A stretch of 27,977 bases of DNA from a virus (taxonomy: Duplodnaviria; Caudoviricetes): IMG/VR virus record IMGVR_UViG_3300020045_005041, positions 1 to 27,977 of that record; one strand, 5' to 3'. This document shows positions 26,152-27,977 of this stretch, in pieces. The stretch's first letter is position 1. Every line of letters starts with the position of its first letter. Under the pieces are notes generated by a model, which worked only from the letters and a program-made list of their open reading frames with translations, was not told the DNA's origin and did not search any database. The translations under genes and the position numbers were made by a program.

Positions 26152-26732
26152 TATTTATCCTTAATTAAATTGTTATAAATATTTTTGATAGTCTCTAGAA
26201 ATTTATCCAAAGACAACGTGCTTTTCATTTTATTACAGGCCCAACAACAAGACACAACATTTGTTTTTATGTAACCTATAGCGCTATCAACTCGATCTAC
26301 GCCATTATACCGATAAGAACTTCGCTCAATTCCTTCAGGCGTCGCTCTCTTAGATCTACATTTCGATATTTTATCCGGAGGGGATTTGCAATAATGACAA
26401 TTGCTGCTGGTTAATTGTTCAAATTCTTCTAAACTTAATTCCCAAGAATAGGATCGCCGCCTGGCTCCTATTTTATACAGATTAAAAACTTTTCTAAGCC
26501 CCGAAAATCCGAGACGGACTCTCTTAGTTTTGTTTATATTGCGCTCAACTAACGTTCTCATACGAGACGGTTTATTACACCCACAGTTAGTGGATGTTTG
26601 CTTTTTTAAATTTTGAACAAGAACGTCGCGCGTTGTTCCGCAAACACAACGACAGGATTGATAAAAATACCTGCCTTTTTTAAAAGGTTCTGAAATAACA
26701 ACCCAATCACCGACCGCTTTAATCACAAACAA
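26151..26732 (-). CDS. HNH homing endonuclease (same family as 4784-5335)
   Basis: 'CRCVCG...NCGC'; 'CHYC...NGVDRVDSAIGYIKTNVVSCCWACNKMK'; TAATG coupling to nrdA. Confidence 0.85.
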   Translation of the reverse strand: MFVIKAVGDWVVISEPFKKGRYFYQSCRCVCGTTRDVLVQNLKKQTSTNCGCNKPSRMRTLVERNINKTKRVRLGFSGLRKVFNLYKIGARRRSYSWELSLEEFEQLTSSNCHYCKSPPDKISKCRSKRATPEGIERSSYRYNGVDRVDSAIGYIKTNVVSCCWACNKMKSTLSLDKFLETIKNIYNNLIKDK

Positions 26733-26742
26733 CCCTCGGGAA

Positions 26743-26940
26743 CTACTGGGAACATTGCTGACGTAATTCTTTAACTCTATTATTCGCTAACTCATCACAC
26801 TTAACATAATCTCTAAAAACACGCATACAACTATCCATTGTGTATTTTCTAACACTCTGAATATAATCTTCAGTACACTTATCATTAGACGGACCTGCAC
26901 ACATAGCAACCGCTATTAACCACGTATATTTTAAACTCAT
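26743..26940 (-). CDS. Small Cys-containing protein with hydrophobic N-terminus, possibly exported
   Basis: ATGA overlap with upstream gene; 5 Cys. Confidence 0.5.
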   Translation of the reverse strand: MSLKYTWLIAVAMCAGPSNDKCTEDYIQSVRKYTMDSCMRVFRDYVKCDELANNRVKELRQQCSQ

Positions 26941-27164
26941 AGAAGACCCTGCTGAGTAAAGTTCTCAATAAGAATACTCATCTTCTCGTCTACACAAGTT
27001 TCTATTTCTTCATCTGTGAAAAATATTTTCTCACATATTTCTCTATAATACTCTTCAAATACATTTAAGTCAAGTTGATGCTTAACTAGAACTTGACCCG
27101 TAACAGTAACCGTGCTATCCCCGCAGGCTACTAAAAACAATAACCCAGACAGCATCCATCTCAC
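26937..27164 (-). CDS. Small putative lipoprotein
   Basis: Signal peptide with lipobox 'LLFLVA-CG'. Confidence 0.65.
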   Translation of the reverse strand: MRWMLSGLLFLVACGDSTVTVTGQVLVKHQLDLNVFEEYYREICEKIFFTDEEIETCVDEKMSILIENFTQQGLL

Positions 27165-27328
27165 AACTCACCAATAAATTCCATGCCGAAGTCAAAAGGA
27201 GAGCGCTCCAACATCAGATACTCATCCTGATAATACTCATAATAGAACAAAGAATCGTCTACCTTTGTCACCAACACGAGATGCTCAGTCTTAGACCACC
27301 AAATCTCTTTAACTATATCACTTGTCAT
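27161..27328 (-). CDS. 55-aa acidic hypothetical protein (not in ORF track)
   Basis: Manual translation MTSDIVKEIWWSKTEHLVLVTKVDDSLFYYEYYQDEYLMLERSPFDFGMEFIGEL; fills the gap and overlaps both neighbours. Confidence 0.7.
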   Translation of the reverse strand: MTSDIVKEIWWSKTEHLVLVTKVDDSLFYYEYYQDEYLMLERSPFDFGMEFIGEL

Positions 27329-27527
27329 TTAATATATCCTCCGCATTTTTATTACACTCTGTACAATACATTTCACCATTAGATCTATAGTCCCACGCAT
27401 GAGTAGTACACTTTACTACAGGTCCTCTACGAGCAGCTAGCATCATACCTTCCAGTACAATAACTACTGCCACTAGAAACAACACACCTATAATCATATA
27501 CACTGAAACATCATCCACTAAACTCAT
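27318..27527 (-). CDS. Single-TM protein with CxxH...CxxC motif
   Basis: Hydrophobic helix followed by 'CTTHAW...CTEC'. Confidence 0.65.
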   Translation of the reverse strand: MSLVDDVSVYMIIGVLFLVAVVIVLEGMMLAARRGPVVKCTTHAWDYRSNGEMYCTECNKNAEDILNDK

Positions 27528-27719
27528 ACTACCATCCTTCTAGAAACTCTCCTCCAGTAAATCTATTTGTTTATACGCGATAACGTATAAATACGGACAT
27601 TTAGTCCTTCGGACTTAGGTGACCCCGGGCTGTTTTTTCAACCCCGGCTATATCCCTGTTTGTACAAGTAGTTAATATTAAGCGATTTAGCGCCATTAAT
27701 ACGAGTGTAACGAGTATTA

Positions 27720-27728
27720 TTACCAACT
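27720..27728 (+). promoter_or_regulatory. TTACCAACT motif, putative late promoter
   Basis: Exact motif followed by AGCTATATAG, 14 nt before ATG 27743. Confidence 0.65.
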
Positions 27729-27742
27729 AGCTATATAGAAAT

Positions 27743-27977
27743 ATGAATATTACAATACAACAACTTAAAGAATTGTCCTGTAGCGGTGTTTATATCGTCT
27801 TAAATAGGCCTAAGAAGCGTGTTTATGTTGGGTTTGGTGTCAACATGCTCAATTCTGTAACACGTCTTGTAGGGGCGTATAAGACGGATAAACGTATGCT
27901 CGAAATGTCAGAGGATAGCTCCAACTTAGAAGTTTCTATAGCAGAGAAAATAGAAACTACAGACCCGGGGATTATGC
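27743..27977 (+). CDS. GIY-YIG-like protein, cut by window edge
   Basis: Manual translation MNITIQQLKELSCSGVYIVLNRPKKRVYVGFG..., open to the window end; GVY...YVG motif. Confidence 0.65.
   Translation, partial: MNITIQQLKELSCSGVYIVLNRPKKRVYVGFGVNMLNSVTRLVGAYKTDKRMLEMSEDSSNLEVSIAEKIETTDPGIM

Noticed and set aside
26151-26732. HNH as an intron-encoded ORF splitting nrdA
   Set aside because: It lies wholly upstream of a complete nrdA frame, and the flanks leave no room for intron core elements.
1-27977. CRISPR array, tRNA/rRNA genes, integrase, alternative genetic code
   Set aside because: No repeat-spacer periodicity, cloverleaf or recombinase motif was noticed, and core genes are intact under the standard bacterial code.

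Overview
The window is a 28-kb piece of a dsDNA tailed-phage (Caudoviricetes) genome, transcribed mostly on the minus strand. From right to left it has small membrane and lipoprotein genes, an HNH gene, class Ia ribonucleotide reductase (nrdA, nrdB), small Zn-finger ORFs and a divergent M15 peptidase (probable endolysin). Next come a probable terminase small subunit, terminase large subunit and portal. An unusual ~7.3-kb block follows, with fibre-like proteins, a thioredoxin, a transglycosylase and an HNH. Then come scaffold, a probable decoration protein, major capsid, a plus-strand accessory island, a GIY-YIG gene and more fibre-like genes. The most striking item is a 614-aa fibre-like protein. 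Its terminal domain carries two cysteine-rich inserts (24 and 10 Cys) with a nested out-and-back repeat pattern, and it lies three genes upstream of a thioredoxin with a Cys-cluster tail. Other notable items are a recurrent intergenic TTACCAACT motif (probable late promoter), several apparently leaderless promoters with a 6-nt -10-to-ATG spacing, and structured 5' leaders. The island holds an orphan Xre/MbcA/ParS-type antitoxin domain and an unannotated 54-aa ORF with the clamp-binding motif QLDLF. The leftmost tail gene looks interrupted. All calls come from reading motifs by eye; no searches were run.
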